A stretch of DNA of 64,000 nucleotides, from positions 54,498,001 to 54,562,000 of the forward strand of contig OZ024747.1 of assembly GCA_964016885.1 (NCBI GenBank), written 5' to 3'. A program made the position numbers and the translations under genes. Shown one piece after another: positions 13,750 through 28,000 of this stretch. How positions within the stretch are numbered: the first letter of the stretch is position 1; each line of letters begins with the position of its first letter. Origin of the DNA: Eledone cirrhosa (taxonomy: Eukaryota). Below the pieces are notes generated by a model. It worked only from the letters and a program-made list of their open reading frames with translations. It was not told the origin of the DNA and ran no database searches.

Positions 13750-15745
13750 TAGTGGTGGTGTTTGGTGTAGATGGTAGATGTGGTGGAAGTGTTGGTGGAA
13801 AAGGTGAGGTTGGTAGTGATGATGGTGGTGGTGGTGGTGGTGGTGGTGGTGGTGGTGGTGGTGGTGGTGGTGGTGGTTGTGGTAATGTTAGCGGCGGAGG
13901 ATATGTTGGTGGAAATTATGAGGATGGCGGTGGTGTTTGGTGTAGATGGTAGATGTGGTGGAAGTGTTGGTGTAAAAGGTGAGGTTGGTAGTGATGATGG
14001 TGGTGGTGGTTGTGGTAATGTTAGCGGCGGAGGATATGTTGGTGGAAATTATGAGGATGGCGGTGGTGTTTGGTGTAGATGGTAGATGTGGTGGAAGTGT
14101 TGGTGGAAAAGGTGAGGTTGGTAGTGATGGTGGTGGTGGTGGTTGTGGTAATGGTAGCGACGGAGAATATGTTGGTGGAAATTATGAGGATGGCGGTGGT
14201 GTTTGGTGTAGATGGTAGATGTGGTGGAAGTGTTGGTGGAAAAGGTGAGGTTGGTAGTGATGGTGGTGGTGGTGGTGGTGGTTGTGGTAATGGTAGCGAC
14301 GGAGAATATGTTGGTGGAAATTATGAGGATGGCGGTGGTGTTTGGTGTAGATGGTAGATGTGGTGGAAGTGTTGGTGGAAAAGGTGAGGTTGGTAGTGAT
14401 GGTGGTGGTGGTGGTGGTTGTGGTAATGTTAGCGGCGGAGGATATGTTGGTGGAAATTATGAGGATGGCGGTGGTGTTTGGTGTAGATGGTAGATGTGGT
14501 GGAAGTGTTGGTGGAAAAGGTGAGGTTGGTAGTGATGGTGGTGGTGGTGGTGGTTGTGGTAATGTTAGCGGCGGAGGATATGTTGGTGGAAATTATGAGG
14601 ATGGCGGTGGTGTTTGGTGTAGATGGTAGATGTGGTGGAAGTGTTGGTGGAAAAGGTGAGGTTGGTAGTGATGGTGGTGGTGGTGGTGGTTGTGGTAATG
14701 TTAGCGGCGGAGGATATGTTGGTGGAAATTATGAGGATGGCGGTGGTGTTTGGTGTAGATGGTAGATGTGGTGGAAGTGTTGGTGGAAAAGGTGAGGTTG
14801 GTAGTGATGGTGGTGGTGGTGGTGGTGGTTGTGGTAATGGTAGCGGCGGAGGATATGTTGGTGGAAATTATGAGGATGGCGGTGGTGTTTGGTGTAGATG
14901 GCAGATGTGGTGGAAGTGTTGGTGGAAAAGGTGAGGTTGGTAGTGATGGTGGTGGTGGTGGTGGTTGTGGTAATGTTAGCGGCGGAGGATATGTTGGTGG
15001 AAATTATGAGGATGGCGGTGGTGTTTGGTGTAGATGGTAGATGTGGTGGAAGTGTTGGTGGAAAAGGTGAGGTTGGTAGTGATGGTGGTGGTGGTGGTGG
15101 TTGTGGTAATGTTAGCGGCGGAGGATATGTTGGTGGAAATTATGAGGATGGCGGTGGTGTTTGGTGTAGATGGTAGATGTGGTGGAAGTGTTGGTGGAAA
15201 AGGTGAGGTTGGTAGTGATGGTGGTGGTGGTGGTGGTTGTGGTGGTTGTGGTAATGGTAGCGGCGGAGGATATGTTGGTGGAAATTATGAGGATGGCGGT
15301 GGTGTTTGGTGTAGATGGTAGATGTGGTGGAAGTGTTGGTGTAAAAGGTGAGGTTGGTTGTGATGATGGTGGTGGTGGTGGTTGTGGTAATGTTAGCGGC
15401 GGAGGATATGTTGGTGGAAATTATGAGGATGGCGGTGGTGTTTGGTGTAGATGGTAGATGTGGTGGAAGTGTTGGTGTAAAAGGTGAGGTTGGTTGTGAT
15501 GATGGTGGTGGTGGTGGTTGTGGTAATGTTAGCGGCGGAGGATATGTTGGTGGAAATTATGAGGATGGCGGTGGTGTTTGGTGTAGATGGTAGATGTGGT
15601 GGAAGTGTTGGTGGAAAAGGTGAGGTTGGTAGTGATGGTGGTGGTGGTGGTGGTGGTTGTGGTAATGTTAGCGGCGGAGGATATGTTGGTGGAAATTATG
15701 AGGATGGCGGTGGTGTTTGGTGTAGATGGCAGATGTGGTGGTGGT
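13750..15745. repeat. G/T-rich minisatellite, ~136-bp unit, ~14.5 copies
   Basis: Equivalent ORF starts at 14351, 14487, 14623 and 14759 give a 136-bp period. Length variation is mostly in an internal (GGT)n run. Confidence 0.97.
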
Positions 15746-16544
15746 GTTGTTTTGGAAGGTAGTAATTGTGTATTGAAATATATATTTTTAGGATCACTTC
15801 TTCTGTAAGAAGTCTCATACACAATGACCACTCACACAGAGAAACACACACAATTACTCATAGATCACATATACACATACATAGACACACGCTCACACAC
15901 GCAAACAATCATATACACAGATACTCTTTTTCACACACATACACATATATATACCACAGAAACACACATACAAACACATTCATAAATGCACACACGCACA
16001 CACATACGTCCACAAGCAACTACTTGCACATACATACAATCGTACAGAAAACACTCACATACAAACACTCATCCGTACGTATTCAGAAACACACATGTAG
16101 AAAAGACACTATAGACAGTCACACGCACGCACACACTCGCAGCTCAAATATAAACATCTACACACACAAACACACATTCTCACATGTATAAGCACTCATA
16201 TACACCAATACTTTTTTCGCACGCTCACACACAGACACACACTCATACATACACAGACACATACATTCACACACACACTTACAAAAACATACATTAAAAT
16301 ACTCACACAATTACAAACACAAACATTCATATACATTCACAAAAGCCGATATTCATACACACATATACACACATACACACACATACACACAGACAAACAC
16401 ATTTAAACAGTAAAATAAAAATAAAAGAAAATGCTCACCTACATTGAGATGACCTTAGATATGCCCTGATATATTCTTAAAGCGCTTATTTTGGATAACA
16501 TTCATATTACATATATATATATATATGTGTGTGTGTGGGTGTGT

Positions 16545-16600
<56 letters not shown>

Positions 16601-16779
16601 TGTGTGTGTGTGTGCGTGTGTGTGTGTGTGAGTATTTCTGTGTATAAGTGTTTGGGAGTGCGCATAAAATGTGTGTATGTGTAAGTTTCAGCATGTATAT
16701 AAATGTATATATAAGTATGCATGTATATGTATGTTTGCTTGTATGTACGTATATGAATGTCTTCCTGTCTTTTCCTGTC

Positions 16780-16818
<39 letters not shown>

Positions 16819-17491
16819 GAATGGATATCATGTATTAATAGCTATTTACCCAGTATAACATATAAATATTAATAATTCTTAAGAATTGTCCATCTATCAC
16901 GTGGCAGACATCCCTTTTCCACCAACACCATCGACAGACCTAGCATCAACAGCATCAACATGGCCACCATGACCACTGAAACCAGCAAAGACATCGATAT
17001 TAAGCGTATCAACACCAACACCACAGTCATCCAATCTTAGGTGTATTCATTTAAATGTATACACATGTAGAAACATTTACACACATGGATATAAATTTCC
17101 CCGATGAAGCCAAAAGTTATTTGAACACGATCCATTCTTTGTCCACCTATATATATATATATTATATATATATAATTTTTAATACAATAACAGAGATAGT
17201 TTAAAGCTAAACTCTGACTGGTAACCATCTCACTCAACAAACATTAGGTTATATTTAAATATAAACCCAATTTAAGTGTTTGGGGTGCTAACAATATGTA
17301 TAATGTGGAAAAACCAGTTGTATTATTTTATGAGATATAATTAAAGTTAAAGTATATCTCTTTCCAAACAATTGTTTCATTATAAGTTTTCTACAAGTTG
17401 GGAGAATGTTTCCAGTTTATGTAGAAGCCTAATATATATTCATGTAAGAATATATTTAGGTGGGCACTTATAAATCATCAGTGGAAGCCCG

Positions 17492-17582
<91 letters not shown>

Positions 17583-17741
17583 TATATATATAGGTGTTCC
17601 AGTTAGATTTTGTGAGTACGTACTCTTCGTAGTGGGTAGTTTTAACGTACGGCTTTGTTTGACTCAACAAGATGCTTCCATAGTTATGCAGCGAGTTCGC
17701 GGTAATTTCTATGCAGGTTATACTTGGAGTAATAATAGTTA

Positions 17742-18534
17742 AAGAATGAAGAGTAACATGGCTGGTTGTACAATAAGGGCTTTATTTAAATTACTGACAA
17801 TTGTTTCGTTGATCAGGTGAGTCTAGAGTTCGCTAATCGCTTAAGGTTGCGTTATTCGATCTCCAATACATTATTTACCTCTGGTCAACACACCAGAGTA
17901 CGTAGATACGTAGATTTGAAAGTAATTCACTCGAGGCTAGATTTATATAGAAAAATAGTGCATAATCAAAACAATAACATAAATAATAAAATAGCGTATA
18001 ATCTAAACAATAACATCAATAATAAAACATGTATGGTTAATATATAGAGAAGTTACAGATGTAAAAAGTAAAAGGTAAAATATAAGATAGGGTACATTAA
18101 AAGAATAAGAAAAGGAGAAAATGGAAAATATAAATAAATAAATAAATAAATGAGAACGTTAAGCACTCAAAACTACTACTCAAAAACTACTACTATGTAC
18201 TTATATTTTACCTTTTACTTTTTACATCTGTAACTCCTCTACCTATTTACCATACATGTTTTATTATTGATGTTTATTGTCTAGATGATACGCTATTTTA
18301 TTATTGATGTTATTGTTTTGATTATGCACTATTTTTCTATATAAGTCTTGCCTCGAGTGAATTACTTTCATATTTACGTACTCTGATGTGTTGACCAGAA
18401 GTAAATAATGTATTGGAGATCGAATGACGCAACCTCAAGCAATTAGCGAACTCTAGACTCACATGATCAACGAAACAATTGCCAGTACTTTAAATAAAGC
18501 CCTTATTGTACAGCCAACAATGTTACTCTTCATT

Positions 18535-18537
<3 letters not shown>
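17742..18537. repeat. Inverted repeat (~345-bp diverged arms, ~100-bp spacer), hammerhead-bearing fold-back element B
   Basis: 17742 to ~18097 is the reverse complement of ~18195-18537. The right arm abuts (TA)n. Confidence 0.92.
18378..18488 (+). ncRNA. Degenerate type I hammerhead ribozyme with long stem II insertion
   Basis: Stem I gtact/agtac; CTGATGT (last A mutated) 18383-18389; stem II base gttga/tcaac; GAAA 18472-18475; palindromic CAATTG; triplet GCC here but GTC in the mirror arm. Confidence 0.65.
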
Positions 18538-18589
<52 letters not shown>

Positions 18590-18788
18590 TAGAGTTTAAA
18601 CTCAAAGTCATTTAGTTTATTTCATTCTAGCTAACTTTGTCTCTTACAATACAAACACGTATGTGTTTATCATATATTAATATATATTAACTTGTATATA
18701 TATATATGTGTGTATAATGGTAGCTATGGTGCTTCCATAGGCGGTATGCCAAAATTAGCACTCAATATTCTTACAGAGCAGAGTGTGA

Positions 18789-19056
18789 ATAGTATAAAAA
18801 AACGAAATATCAGTGATGCATCTGGACTCGGTTTATTGCGTGTTTCGCTGGCAGGTAGCTCCAGACATGATCACTGTATGGATCTGGCTGATTCTACGGC
18901 TGCAGGTTCCTTCGGGCACATGCAATTCTTTCGGAGAAATTTTCTCTGAGAAAATTTACAGTGATCATGTCTCGAGCTACCTGCCGGCGAAACAATTGTA
19001 ACACGCAATAAACTGAGTCCAGATGCATCACTGATTTTTCGTTTTTTTTATACTAT
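18789..19056. repeat. Inverted repeat (~90-100-bp arms) with hammerhead 3' half
   Basis: 18789-18878 vs 18957-19056 are reverse complements. The right arm has GAAAC-aatt-GTA. The spacer holds the palindrome aaattttctc-t-gagaaaattt. Confidence 0.85.
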
Positions 19057-19080
19057 CTCTCTCTATAAATATATATGGTG

Positions 19081-19115
<35 letters not shown>

Positions 19116-19117
19116 TA

Positions 19118-19211
<94 letters not shown>

Positions 19212-21389
19212 CGTGTGTGTGTATGTTTATATACAGTATATATACACATATATATCATAATGTCACCTTTAAAGCATTAGTTTCAATGAATGTTACAATA
19301 ATACAAGGAACTTCAGGATAATGTTTTCTAGCTAAGATAATACTTACCTAGGAATATTTAGCTAAGTCTATGATAATAAATCCATCTTCGGATTCGTGGA
19401 TTCTTCCATGGACAAGATAACACTGGGAGCTGGATCTATTTCCTCAATACCCTCGCAGCAATATATCCGTTGTATGATTCCTTGATAGCCAATATTACAC
19501 TGACTGACGGACGGAGCTATCATATATCTATACGGCCACCCATTGAGTCTTAACAGCGAATGGGGACGTAAGGTCTCCGTACTTACATACTGTGTGTATT
19601 CAGCAGCCGCTTACGTTTAAAGAAAGAGACCTAGAGTGAGTGAGAGAGAGAAAGAGAACGAGAATGAAAGAGAGAGGGAAAGAGAGAGTGATAAACATAT
19701 ATATATAAAGAGGAGGAAGGTAGCCATGTGTTGCACTCGTACTTTATTTATCGAACTATAAATGATGAAATCCTACGTTGATCACAATAAGATTTTAACT
19801 CAGAGATTCAAGAAGTAATAACGCAAAGCAGAATATTCGACATTTTAACGATAATGTTTAATGGATGCCTATGTTAAATTCTTGTAGGATTGTCTTCTGG
19901 TGTAGATAACTTTAAAAGAATCATCTCCAAGACCAATCCTTCGATGGATTATATATCCTGCCCAAGATAACTTAGATAAATTTAACAATCACCATGTTAA
20001 ATTCAATGATATCTCTGATAAGTGTTTTCTTTCTTCTTGATAAATTTTTATTTGTTGCGGTCCGAAATTTTATTCTATCCTCATGATGAATCCATATTTT
20101 CATATATCGTTACCTTCCTGTTTCATCTTATCCCCTAGGAAAGGGAGGCAAAGATCAAGCCTTGATTTCGCCATATCTTTTTCTTAAGAGCTGTTTTATT
20201 ACAATGAGTAGCAACTTCAATTGCAAACTGATATAAATCACAAGTCACAACCGAATATAGAATGAGCCAAGTTTTGATCCCAGGACGCTCAAAGCCAGAT
20301 CAGATACCACAAGGCATTCCGTTAGATTCTTATTAACACTTCAGTCCATCCATTGCTTCTGGGCTAGTACTTCCTTTGTTGACCTCGAAACTATGTTTTT
20401 ATACATAAACATATTGTATATATATCCATATCTGCCTATACTCTCTGTCACACAGTGGTAGTGCTACCGGTGATTTGCACTATATATTTATGAGACTCCA
20501 TGGAAAGCATTTATTTATAAAATATATCGATATATCGTAGTAAGTAAGCATCACTATTGAGTGATAATAATCCCGAAAAAGTTACAGGTATATGTAATAT
20601 AATCACAACAATTAATTACTCAAGGAGAGACGAAATCTAAGTTTATTATACGTAAAAATAATGCATAAATATTCATATAAACCTATATTGGATATCACGC
20701 TGTGTTAGTGCCCCCACCGATGGGTGTGTGCGCACGTGTTTATTGATGAAATTAGAGCGAAACAAAAAATGTTTTCATGGTGCTGAAAGCTACGATAATA
20801 AATACATTCTTTGTAGATTAAACAAAATATATAAAGTATTGAGTACTCATTAAGACTCGGTCGTTTTAGTTATTGAACTAAAAAATGTCCAAACATATGC
20901 TCACCAAGATATACGCACGCACGCACATATACACTCTCGCATATATATATAAATTACTTTATATAAAAGTGTTATGAAGTACCACAAAATGTTTCTAAGC
21001 ATTCCGTAATGAAATTAAGTAGTTCGTTTTGAAACAAAATAAATTTTTACGGTGGGAGAGGGCAAACAATTTCCTCTCTGCAGGATATTTTTAAATGTGT
21101 GCTTTACTAACATTTTATTAATTTTCTCTAAACATTCTGTCTGTTATTCTTCAATTCATAGTGATTAATGCAGACTTTCAGTTATTAATTCACTGAAGAA
21201 AACTAATTAAAAGTTAATTACATTAAATTAAAGCCGGATTTTAGTGTTGCTGCCAGGCCATGTTGTGTAAGAGTTCTAATTAATTCCAAGTGCTAAAATT
21301 AATTTTATTCCACAGGCTCATTACATTCATTTTAGAATTTTCATTGGCTTACTTAAAATTTCATAATTAGCATCATAATGATCATACAG

Positions 21390-21433
<44 letters not shown>

Positions 21434-21734
21434 AATCTTCGTCATATTCATTAACATCACTGTCGTTACCGTCCGTGACGTCATCGTCATTGTGGTTGTA
21501 GCCATAAACATTATAATAATTATTACGTCTATTGTTATACGCATAAACATCATCATCATCATCATCGTCGTCTCCACTTCCTCTTCCCCCTCCCCCTCTC
21601 CTCCTCCTCATCATCATCATCATAATCGCCATCACCATGATGATGTTATTAAACCTACCACCCCACCATACTAACAATTCTGAAACTGGAGTTGAAATAA
21701 ATACACTTCATACTTACGTATAGTGTGAAAATGT

Positions 21735-22550
21735 GTGTGTGTGTGTGTGTGCGTGCGCGTGTGTGTGTGTGTTTGTGTGTGCGTGTGTGTATGATCGTGT
21801 ATATGTCTTCACGTTTGTGTGTGTCTGTGTATGTGTTTGTATTCCTGCGCATGTGTGTAAGTGTGTGTAAGTGTGTGTAAGTGTGTAGGTTAATGTGTGT
21901 GTGTGTGCGTGTGTGTATGTGTGTTTGTGCGTGCGTGTGTGTATGATCGTGTATATGTCTTCACGTTTGTGTGTGTCTGTGTATGTGTTTGTATCTCTGT
22001 GCATGTGTGTAAGTGTGTGTAAGTGTGAGAGAGTGTGTAGGTTAATGTGTGTGTGTGTGTGCGTGTGTGTGTGTGTTTGTGCGTGCGTGTGTGTGTGTGT
22101 GTTTGTGTGTGCGTGTGTGTATGATCGTGTATATGTCTTCACGTTTGTGTGTGTCTGTGTATGTGTTTGTATTCCTGCGCATGTGTGTAAGTGTGTGTAA
22201 GTGTGTGTAAGTGTGTAGGTTAATGTGTGTGTGTGTGTGTGCGTGTGTGTATGTGTGTTTGTGCGTGCGTGTGTGTATGATCGTGTATATGTCTTCACGT
22301 TTGTGTGTGTCTGTGTATGTGTTTGTATTCCTGCGCATGTGTGTAAGTGTGTGTAAGTGTGTGTACGTGTGTAGGTTAATGTGTGTGTGTGTGTATGCGT
22401 GTGTGTATGTGTGTTTGTGCGTGCGTGTGTGTATGATCGTGTATATGTCTTCACGTTTGTGTGTGTCTGTGTATGTGTTTGTATCTCTGTGCATGTGTGT
22501 AAGTGTATGTAAGTGTGAGAGAGTGTGTAGGTTAATGTGTGCGTGGGTGT
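21735..22550. repeat. TG-derived minisatellite, ~156-bp unit, 5 copies
   Basis: Marker atgatcgtgtatatgtcttcacg at about 21791, 21943, 22121, 22277 and 22433. Confidence 0.93.
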
Positions 22551-22699
22551 GTAACCTATATCGAATCATGCATAACACGTAACAAACCATATAAACGCAG
22601 CTTAATATACACGAGTATATATTTCCTATTCTTCATGTTGTTCATCTTACTGTTATTGTTATACTTATAACTATCTTCATTGTCACTGTCAGCTTTGTG

Positions 22700-22931
22700 G
22701 CCATCATCATCATCAACATCATCATCACCACCCTCATCATTCATCACCGTTTATCATCATCATCATCGCCATCATCCTCATCATCGGCATCATCATCATC
22801 ATCGCCATCGCCATCGCCATCATCATCACCATCATCATCATCATCATCGCCATCATCCTCTTCATCGCCATCATCACCCCCCCCCCCATCATCATCATCA
22901 TCATCATCGTCGTCATCACCGCCACCATCGT

Positions 22932-22963
<32 letters not shown>

Positions 22964-22965
22964 TT

Positions 22966-23005
<40 letters not shown>

Positions 23006-23055
23006 CCATCCGCCTCTTCTTCATTATTATCATCATCATCATTATCATCATCATT
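22700..23055. repeat. (CAT)n microsatellite
   Basis: Visible CAT/CAC/CGC triplet run. Confidence 0.93.
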
Positions 23056-23744
23056 ATCTCCCTTATTTGTCCTAATTAATTATATTCATTCAGCAAATAT
23101 TACGCCATTTTGTTTTTGCTGTAGTTGTTTTAACCTTGATACACACACACAGTAACACACGTATACCCACAAACATATGAGCTGACACAGACGCATTACT
23201 CACACATATATACATTCACTACACACACATATACACATACACGCAAACATAAAAACATCCTGCGCAATCACAGCACACTAACATACACACACGCCCTCCC
23301 CACCGCCCCCCACCCAACACACACGCACATACAGATACACATATACACAGCATGCCGTGAGATGTACCCTCTTCACCCTGCAGTTTAAGGAAGGAAGTGC
23401 AGTGACGGTTGACAGCTGTGGCCTAAAGGATAGGGTGGGAACACCTCATTATGTAATTATAATAATGTGTTCCATGTTTTAAACATCGCCCTATATTCTG
23501 TGTTTGTTTTCATCTACATGGGCCCCGCTGTGACCCTTAATCAAGAGAAAATTATTTAAAAAAACAACAGAACAATCGCTGAATGTGTGCGTATATATGT
23601 GTATGTATGAGTGTATTTCTGTGTATACGGCTGTATATGTGTGTATTTATGTGTATTTATGTGTATTTATGTGTATTTATGTGTGTGTATTTGTGCGTTT
23701 GGAGCTCTGTCATTTTCAATCACACGTTTTCCAGATATTTGAAC

Positions 23745-24092
23745 AACAGAATAATCTCCTCGCGAAATTAACGTGCAAGTGGCTGAATATTCCAACAGAC
23801 ACCTTTATCCTAAATGTAGATCTCAGGGAGATTGAAGACGACTCGTGGTGCCTCAAGGGTGTCTTCGTATTTCAGGTAGAACTCAATTTTGCCAGATGTT
23901 TGTAATGTAGCAACACGAAGTAGAATGATATGTTCAAGGACATACTGTGCCACAAGAAGTGGTACTTCTAACTTTATGATTCGGAGCCGAACATCTTACC
24001 CACTAAGCCACACGATTTCACTAGAGGCATGTTGCTTAGTTGTTAAGGGCGTTCATCTCACGGTCGTAATATCATGGGTTCGATTCATGGTT
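23745..24092 (-). mobile_element. Old tRNA-derived SINE (second family, minus) head-to-head with another tRNA-like SINE head (plus, ~24025-24092)
   Basis: Minus head gtggcttagtgggtaagatgttcggctc (A box) near 24010. Plus head ttgcttagttgttaag...gggttcgattc (A and B boxes). Confidence 0.55.
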
Positions 24093-24338
24093 CGCGTAAC
24101 TGAAAGAAAAGTATCAATAGTAGCTGGGGGTGAGGTGGGAATAAAGCTTGTGATGGATTAGAATCCCATGCCGGGGTAGTGCCTTGTAGACTTGTATTCT
24201 AAATCACCTTCCACCTAAATATGGTATTTGATTTATCGACTTTTTGTCAAACTACTAAATGGGGAGGACATAAATAAACAGCACATTCAAACACGTACAC
24301 AAACACAAACTCACACAACACACAGGCAGACAGACAAC

Positions 24339-24415
<77 letters not shown>

Positions 24416-24536
24416 AGGCTAAATAATTTCTTTAATTTCTTTAGTCAAAATACGGCGATAACTTACATTTCCAATAATTACAAACCAACTCGCTGTTTCG
24501 AAAATATCCTTACTTGATATATATATATATATATAT

Positions 24537-24707
24537 AACGAAGGAAATGTGGTAAGGAACCCGGTGGACCATAACGCACCAAAGTACTCAATACTTAGGG
24601 TAGTAGAGTGGGTAATAGGAACAAGTAAGAACCCGACGGCTAATTAGCATTAGAATTAGCCGTCGAAACGGCTTGAGATCAGCCGTCGGGGTCTTACTTG
24701 TTCCTAT
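24537..24707. mobile_element. Mini fold-back element between (TA)n tracts; same family as 36614-36750
   Basis: Arms 24615-24641 / 24681-24707; inner hairpin cgacggctaatt/aattagccgtcg followed by GAAA. 24537-24615 aligns with 36614-36693. Confidence 0.75.
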
Positions 24708-24721
24708 ATATATATATATAT

Positions 24722-24782
<61 letters not shown>

Positions 24783-25043
24783 GATATATAGATAGATAGA
24801 TAGATAGATAAATTTCTATTTATTTGCCACGAGGGCACAAAAGAAGGGGACATTTACACAGTGGGGGAGTTTACATAAATCGAGTAAAGAAAAAAGGAAT
24901 AACAATAATAATATAACAATAAAAAGTCCTCAAAAGGGAGGGGGGCGTGTTGGGGATTGCACATACCCCCGAAAAGTGTGCAACTCTTTTCGCGGGGGAA
25001 GCCCAGAGAGGAGGCGCTCCCCCTTTCCTCTTCACTTCTTCAA

Positions 25044-28000
25044 CTACAGAACAATGTAGAGAGAAGGCCCATTTACACGGGCCATTCGCGCTTCTTTCAC
25101 CCACCTTTCATAAAACTGTCTGGGGCCAAGCACTTCTCTCTCCATCCTGATCCTTCTTCCGAAGTGGTATCGGAAGAAGTAAACCAAGTGATGGCCGGAG
25201 AGAAAGTCACCCGACCTCAGACCTTTCAGGCGCGTCCACCACACAACCTCTTTCATCATGGCTATTACGCAGAGAAAGACCGCCTCTGCTTCATTTCTGA
25301 AGGGAGGAGGCGGCTTGATGTTCACCACAGACTCGGCGGTTAATCGAATCGGCGCCACACGCGACAGCAGTCGTTCGACGTAGCCCCACAGATCGGCAAC
25401 GCCCGGGCAGTGTACCAGAGCATGCGCAACGGTTTCCTCGTCGCGCACGCATCTGGGACAGATCTTTTTCGCGGGATCCCTGCCTGGGCGCCCGTGTCTG
25501 TAGAGCTTTTCTCGAACGGGCAGAGCCCCCCGGTAACACTGCCAGGCTAGGGACCTCTGGAAGTTGTCCGTGGGTCCCGGGCCGAAAGTTCTACCGAACA
25601 GGCTGGCCAGTTCGTCCTCCTCCATGCCTAGCGACTCTCCAAGGGTGTCGTCGCCCTTGCTAGCCACCAACCCTCTATAGAATGTCGAGGTGGATTCTCC
25701 ACTGATAGTCGGGTCCGCTTGCCAGATAGCCGTGAGCGCCTGGGCACACTCGGTGTGCCAGTTGCCCAGTTTTCTCGGTCTTTGCTTCACCCAGGATTGC
25801 AGTTCGGTGAGCGAGACGAGCTGTGGGAAGGCTCGCCTCACAAACGGGGCCCACACCGGCTGACCGTTGAGGAATACCTGTAGATGCCGTAGCCTCAATG
25901 CGTGCCTACGCATCAACAGCCACGGCATACCCAGCCCTCCTTTCGAAGGGTGCTGGCAGCAGATGGATCTCCTCACCATGGGAGGCCGCTTCTTCCAGAG
26001 GAACTGGAAGAGCATGCGTTCCATGATGGTGAGCTTTTCCTTGGGGCAAGGCACGACGGTCAGGCGGTAGTAGATGACGGACGCTATGTAAGCGTTCGTC
26101 ACCTCCGCCCGACCTTTCAGTGATAGTTTGCACTTGGCCCACTTCTGGGTCAGCGCAAACACCCTGCTCGTCACCTCGCCCCAATTCTTCTCCACCTGGA
26201 GGTCCGGTCCGAACCAGACCCCGAGCAGCTTCACCGGGCCCTCCGTCCACCGCCCGACGACAACGTTTGCCCCTCCACGTTCCGAGTTGCAAACCGACTG
26301 ACTTGTCCTGGTTCAGTCTAGCCCCCGTCAGCCTTTCGTATTCCCCCAGTAGGGTGGCGATCGCCCCGATTTCCGAGGCGTCCGCCACCATTACTGTTAC
26401 GTCGTCGGCATAGGCCGAGACCGCTTTGTGCAATCCCGGTTCCAGGGGTATGCCCCGCAGCAACTCCAACTTCCGCAGCAGTGGCTCGAGAGTCAATACG
26501 TACAGAAGGGAGGAGAGGGGGCACCCCTGCCTGATGGACCGGGTGATTTGAAACGGCTCCGAGAGGTAGCCGTTTACTTTAATCCTAGAGTAGATGTTGC
26601 CACTGTGCATGGCAGAAATCCAGCCCCTGAAAACGGGTCCGAAGCCCGCCGCCGCTAGCACCGCTTCCAGGTAACCATGGTCGACCCTATCGAACGCCTT
26701 AGATTGATCCAAGTTGATCAGGGCCCCACCAAAGCCGGGTTCGTTGCCAACCCTCTCTATGATGTATCGCATGAGGTGGAGGTTGTCGTGAATGGACCTG
26801 GACGGGATAGCGCATGTCTGCGCGTCTCCCACCAAACCACCCACCACAAGCGCCAACCTCTTCGCCAACACCTTGGCCAAAATCTGTAACTCTGCATTCA
26901 GCAGAGTTATGGGCCTAAAGTTACTTAAGTCGTCCCCCTTGCTCTCGTCCTTCCTCACTAGCGTGACCACGCCCTTGGTCACAGAACAGGGAATTCTCCC
27001 GTTCTGTTGCCAGTTGCAATAGACAGCCTCGAGGAGTTCGGAGAACAAGACCGGCATAGCTAAATAAAGTTCGTATGGTAGACCATCGAGACCCGGAGAT
27101 TTGCGTCTGCTGCATTGGCTGAGCGCTTCCCCGATTTCAGTGGCTGTGATTGGCCTTTCGCAGCACTCCGCTTCGCCGCTCGAAAGACGCGGTAGACCGT
27201 CGAGGTATGGACCGAAGTCCACATCCACGTCCGGCCCCCCGCCCCCTCCGAACAGTCGAGCAAAGTGCCTTTGAAAGGCCTCGCACATCCGCTCAGGTTC
27301 AAGGATCACCCGTCCATCCTGGTCTCGCAAAGACCGAATGGTGGATTTAATCCCACTCTTGGCTTCTGTCACGCGGGCCCAGCTAACAGCTTTGGTCCCT
27401 TCGTTTCCTAAAGCACGTATTTTACTTCGGACAACGCAGCCTTCGTGCTTCGCGTCAAAGAACTGGCTCAACGCCGTTCTCGCCGCTAACACTCTGGCTA
27501 CGTCTCCGCTCCTAATCGCCTCTTCTAGTTTATCTGTTAACTCCCTTTCCTTCCTATTTCTATTTGCCGCTAGTTCCTTACTGTAACCTATCGAACTTAC
27601 TCTAATCTCTCTCTTTAGAGATACCCACCACCTACTGTTGACGATCGCTCCCGTCAACCGCATCTTAACTAAGCTACTAATCCGGTTTCTGTAATCTTTC
27701 TTTGTCAGCAAGGACAAGTTCATCTTCCAGTAACCGGGATCCTGTCTATGCGTTCTATCAAGGTTGACCACGCAGGTCACTAATTTGTGATCTGAATAGC
27801 CAACCATGATCAGTTCTGGACAACTAAATACGTCCCTATCCTTACTCCTAACCAAAAACCTATCTAGGTACGATCTAGATTGTCCACTGCGGTTTGCCCA
27901 GGTCCAGGTTGGAGCAGTTGGACAATCTAGTCGAAATCTATCGACCAGGTCGAATCGATCGAGTAACCCCTTGAGGCTGCTACACCCCCCTCTATCGGGA

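Noticed and set aside
13750-15745. CRISPR-like or Gly-rich coding array
   Set aside because: No unique spacers, eukaryotic context, and the 136-bp unit is not a multiple of 3.
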